Shown: positions 31,868-35,514 of the stretch, one piece after another
Layout of the letters: each line of letters opens with the position of its first letter
Numbering within the stretch: position 1 is the stretch's first letter
DNA from: a bacterium
GTDB lineage: Bacteria > Patescibacteriota > Minisyncoccia > Phycocordibacterales > Phycocordibacteraceae
Direction: 5' to 3'
DNA: 35,514 bases
Assembly (NCBI GenBank): GCA_900299275.1
Contig: OMJE01000017.1
Coordinates: 1 to 35,514, forward strand
Notes under the pieces: generated by a model
Told to the model about the DNA's origin: nothing
The model's database searches: none
Seen by the model: only the letters and a program-made list of their open reading frames with translations
Translations under genes and position numbers: made by a program

Positions 31868-34006
31868 ATGAGCACTACCCCGCACACACGCAAGCCAGCG
31901 CATCGCGTTGGCTTGCGCCTGTTTAAAAGCAATCGCGCACGGACGCTTGCCTTTTGGTTTTTTGGCCTCGCTTTTTTTGCTGCTGGCATACTCCTACTTA
32001 TTGTTGCTGTTGCCCCCACACCTGATATCACTTCGCTTGAAAATCGACAGATCGAGCAGTCTACAAAAATCTATGATCGGACCGGGCAGATCTTACTCTA
32101 CGACTACAATCGAGATGCGCGACGCAACGTTGTGGCACTAAAAGACATTTCACCCAACGCCATCAACGCTACGATTGCCATCGAGGACTCGGGTTTCTAT
32201 AGTCATGGCGGCATCCGTCTCACTTCCATCATGCGTGCGATGATCATTGACGTGATGGGTGGTTCTCTAAGTCAGGGCGGGTCAACGATCACGCAGCAGG
32301 TCGTCAAAAACACTCTTCTTACTAATGAGAAGAGTTTTATTCGCAAAGTACATGAGATGGTACTCGCGATGAAGTTGGAAGAAGTGTATTCGAAAGATCA
32401 AATTCTTGAGGCGTATTTGAACAATATTCCGTATGGTGGTGTGCTCTACGGTATCGAGTCAGCGTCGCAAGCATATTTTGGTGTCCCTGCGCGCGACCTC
32501 TCCGTGCCCCAAGCCGCCTACCTTGCCGCCATGATTCAGGCGCCGAGCTACTACTCACCATTTGGTCCGAACCGTGCAAAACTCGATGAACGCAAAAATC
32601 TTGTTCTCGATCGTATGGCATCGCTTGGCTTTATTGATTCCGCTACGCGTGACGCCTCAAAAAACACAATGGTTGCCTTCTCTTCCTCCGGAGAAAACTC
32701 GGTTCTGGCGCCGCATTTTGTGTTCTACATCCTTGATCAGCTTCAAAAGGAATTCGGTGACACTGCGCTGAAGACGGGCCTCAAGGTCACAACCACACTT
32801 GATGCTGACCTGCAGGTACAAGCGGAATCTATCGTACGCCGTTATGCGGCAGAAAATACCACAAAGTTCCGCGCATCGAACGCTGCCCTCACTGCTATTG
32901 ATCCGAAAACAGGCCAAATCCTTTCAATGGTGGGCTCCCGTAACTTCTTCGATACCACCATCGATGGTCAGTACAACACTGCCCTCGCGCTTCGCCAGCC
33001 TGGTTCCACCATGAAGCCATTCGTGTACGCCCTTGCCCTTAAAAACGGCTTTACTCGTAAAACAATTTTGTTTGACGTACCCACACAGTTCTCGACCGCT
33101 TGTAGCCCATCTGACACGTCGAATATGACCGCACCTTGTTATGCGCCGCAGAACTTCGACAATCAGTTCCGCGGCCCAATGACGGCTGAATCCGCTCTTG
33201 CACAATCAATCAACATTCCAGCCATTAAGGCGCTTTATTTGGTCGGCATCAATAACGCGGTCAACTTTGCAAAGACATTTGGCCTCACCACACTCGGTGA
33301 TGCAAATCAGTATGGTCTTACCCTTGTGCTCGGAGGTGGCGAAGTGCGACTCCTCGATCTTGTGGGTGCCTATAGTGTTTTTGCAAACGATGGAGTACTT
33401 AATAAGCCAACCGGCATTCTTGAGGTCACTGATGCACAGGGTACAACTCTTAAAAAATACGAGGCTTCACCTTCTACTGTTCTTGATGCAAGTGTTGCGC
33501 GCGACATGTCTGAGATATTATCGAATCCAAACGCTCGTCTTCCTGAATATCCACTCGATTCAGCACTTACGGTTTCTGGATACGAAGTTGCCGTTAAAAC
33601 AGGTACTACAAACGATACACGCGACGCGTGGGTTGTCGGCTACACCCCATCGATTGCCCTTGGTGTGTGGGTTGGTAACAATGACAACAGCCCGATGGTG
33701 AAATCGATCGCCGGTATGATCGCTGCCCCGATGTGGAATTCTGCAATGAGCTATGCCGTCAGTAAATATCCAAAGGAATATTTCGGCGAACCAACCACCA
33801 TATCATCATCTCTTCCGCAAATGTTACAAGGAAATTGGCGTATTCCTGATGCGACTGGAAGCATCGTGCCTCATAGCGAGCTTTACTGGTACAACAAAAA
33901 TAATCCTGCAGGTAGTGCACCTTCATATCCAGCACAAGACCCTCAATTCAACAATTGGGAGTATGGGGTCAGTGCTTGGTACAACCGCTTCCCTAATCTT
34001 TTTTAG
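31868..34006 (+). CDS. Class A penicillin-binding protein (PBP1A family)
   Basis: TM helix; glycosyltransferase motifs AIEDSGFY.H.G, GGSTITQQVVKN; transpeptidase motifs STMK, SIN, KTGT. Confidence 0.95.
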   Translation: MSTTPHTRKPAHRVGLRLFKSNRARTLAFWFFGLAFFAAGILLLIVAVAPTPDITSLENRQIEQSTKIYDRTGQILLYDYNRDARRNVVALKDISPNAINATIAIEDSGFYSHGGIRLTSIMRAMIIDVMGGSLSQGGSTITQQVVKNTLLTNEKSFIRKVHEMVLAMKLEEVYSKDQILEAYLNNIPYGGVLYGIESASQAYFGVPARDLSVPQAAYLAAMIQAPSYYSPFGPNRAKLDERKNLVLDRMASLGFIDSATRDASKNTMVAFSSSGENSVLAPHFVFYILDQLQKEFGDTALKTGLKVTTTLDADLQVQAESIVRRYAAENTTKFRASNAALTAIDPKTGQILSMVGSRNFFDTTIDGQYNTALALRQPGSTMKPFVYALALKNGFTRKTILFDVPTQFSTACSPSDTSNMTAPCYAPQNFDNQFRGPMTAESALAQSINIPAIKALYLVGINNAVNFAKTFGLTTLGDANQYGLTLVLGGGEVRLLDLVGAYSVFANDGVLNKPTGILEVTDAQGTTLKKYEASPSTVLDASVARDMSEILSNPNARLPEYPLDSALTVSGYEVAVKTGTTNDTRDAWVVGYTPSIALGVWVGNNDNSPMVKSIAGMIAAPMWNSAMSYAVSKYPKEYFGEPTTISSSLPQMLQGNWRIPDATGSIVPHSELYWYNKNNPAGSAPSYPAQDPQFNNWEYGVSAWYNRFPNLF

Positions 34007-34021
34007 TCACCGTACAGATCC

Positions 34022-35122
34022 TTACTGGTTCATTGGTGAGATGAGATAGAGCAATGAGTTGTCACCTACGCCGCGCATAATAAGCGGTCGACCTATACCT
34101 GACGCCGTGAGCGTTACACTATCAGCATTGGTAAGACCAAATACCGTTGCTATGAAGCGATGATTAAAAGAGATGGTAAGTGCTACTCCAGAAACTTTTG
34201 CAAGCAATGATTCTGTAGACTCTCCAACCTCACTATTCTTCGCAAAAAGGGCGAGTGCGTTTTTCTTTGGGTCAAATTCAAATAAGACTTTGGAAAAGGC
34301 ATCTGAAAATATAGTCGTTCTTTTGAGTGCTAACTCTAGATCTTTTCGCAGCACCACCGCTTCTGCCACGTGCTCTTTCGGAATAATTTGTTGATAGTCG
34401 GGGTAAGTCGCATTTGTGAGACGCGACACCATCGTTCCCTCTTCACTCACAAACGCACACTGGTGCTCGTCAAAAATAATCGTTACCTCACTGTCTGGTA
34501 GTGCTTGCGCAATTTCTAGTGCATTCTTTGCCGGAATTAGGAATTTTCCTTGCAAACCAGTGTTCCCTATTGGTATTTTCTTCTCGGCAAGGCGGAATGA
34601 ATCAGTAGCAACAATAGTGAGCGTTGCATTTTGAATAGTGAAATATAGACTCGCGAGCTCAGGGCGTACGGTCGAGGATGAGGCACAGCTACCTACTGAG
34701 GAAATAACTGCTCGTAACGCATGTCCGGGTACCACCATCGAATTTTCCGTACGTTCCGGCATGGGGATAAGAGGAAAATCCTCATGCGGTGTTGTTTTAA
34801 CAAGACTTCTGCTTGTACCGGTCGTGATAGAAACTGTGTCACCGGTATGTTCTATTCGCACATCACCTTCGCCAGAAAACGAGCTCGCAATCTGTTGGAG
34901 TACAGTTGCTGGTATTGCCACCACCCCATCAGTCTCACATTCACCACGCACTTTATAATCAATCCCTGTTTCAAGATTTGTTGCGCGCAGTTTTATACCA
35001 TCATCACCTGCAACAATAAGTATCGAAGCAAGAGCGGGGAGTGTCGCATGCTTTCTTTCGGCGAATCGAGACACGATATGCACAGCCTCTCCTAGTATTT
35101 TCTTTTCTATTGAAATATTCAT
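34022..35122 (-). CDS. dnaN: DNA polymerase III beta clamp
   Basis: ATNLE, ATDSFRLAE, YPDYQQIIP, LYLISPM; downstream of dnaA. Confidence 0.96.
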   Translation of the reverse strand: MNISIEKKILGEAVHIVSRFAERKHATLPALASILIVAGDDGIKLRATNLETGIDYKVRGECETDGVVAIPATVLQQIASSFSGEGDVRIEHTGDTVSITTGTSRSLVKTTPHEDFPLIPMPERTENSMVVPGHALRAVISSVGSCASSSTVRPELASLYFTIQNATLTIVATDSFRLAEKKIPIGNTGLQGKFLIPAKNALEIAQALPDSEVTIIFDEHQCAFVSEEGTMVSRLTNATYPDYQQIIPKEHVAEAVVLRKDLELALKRTTIFSDAFSKVLFEFDPKKNALALFAKNSEVGESTESLLAKVSGVALTISFNHRFIATVFGLTNADSVTLTASGIGRPLIMRGVGDNSLLYLISPMNQ

Positions 35123-35235
35123 ACGGAAGTTATTAGGGGTGTTGATACTCGGGATAACGTAAAAAAACTAAAGAACTGTGCGGTGGATTTGTTGGTGAAT
35201 TCGGGGACATGGTGTTGATAGAGCATGGGAATACG
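35123..35235. promoter_or_regulatory. Degenerate DnaA-box cluster, candidate part of oriC
   Basis: Co-oriented TGTGGATAA-like 9-mers at about 35140, 35149, 35182, 35194, 35213 and 35226, between dnaA and dnaN. Confidence 0.55.
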
Positions 35236-35514
35236 CTACACAAGTAATGCGCGAATACTTTGTATCTCTTTTGCCAACTCGGTGTCCACAGCTAATTCAC
35301 TCTTTATCTTCTCACAGGAGTGGATAACGGTGGTGTGATCACGGCCACCCAATTTTGCACCGATGGAAGGATAAGAAATATGAAAATCTTCTCGTAGTAA
35401 GAACATGATCACTTGTCGCGGACGCACCACTTCCCTACGGCGTGTCTTCTCGTACACACTATCCTCGCTTATGCCATAGAATTCTGCGACGCGATCTACA
35501 ATATTTTTTACCGA
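35236..35514 (-). CDS. dnaA: Chromosomal replication initiator DnaA (C-terminal part)
   Basis: IVDRVAEFYGI..RRREVVRPRQVIMFLLRE..SYPSIGAKLGGRDHTTVIHSCEKI. Confidence 0.96.
   Translation of the reverse strand, partial: SVKNIVDRVAEFYGISEDSVYEKTRRREVVRPRQVIMFLLREDFHISYPSIGAKLGGRDHTTVIHSCEKIKSELAVDTELAKEIQSIRALLV

Noticed and set aside
1-35514. UGA recoding (genetic code 25)
   Set aside because: TGA ends glyA, nusG, thyX, polA and ruvA at the expected C-termini, and conserved genes have no internal TGA.

Overview
Chromosomal segment of a small-genome bacterium, most likely Patescibacteria/CPR (Parcubacteria-like; inferred from gene content, CPR-typical hypothetical families and rplK without rplA), using standard code 11. 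It holds housekeeping genes (ileS, argS, glyA-tmk-dcd-thyX, secE-nusG-rplK, rplS, rpsT, ruvABC, polA, murE, class A PBP, dnaN, dnaA), type IV pilus genes and 9 tRNAs, and ends at the probable oriC. No CRISPR, integrase, transposase or prophage was seen. The most striking signal is a family of short structured non-coding elements (4 clear cores plus 1 divergent copy) at the rplK 3' end, tRNA-His and tRNA-Lys. They share a covarying hairpin core, follow host transcription orientation, and show a target / inverted target / core / target architecture. Other notable items: a histidine-phosphatase domain inside IleRS, a DnaA paralog lacking the AAA+ domain, a ~185-nt 6S-like RNA, a 41-aa hyperacidic microprotein, and a split between apparently leaderless core genes and SD-led, terminator-bounded monocistronic genes. 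All calls come from manual reading; no searches were run.
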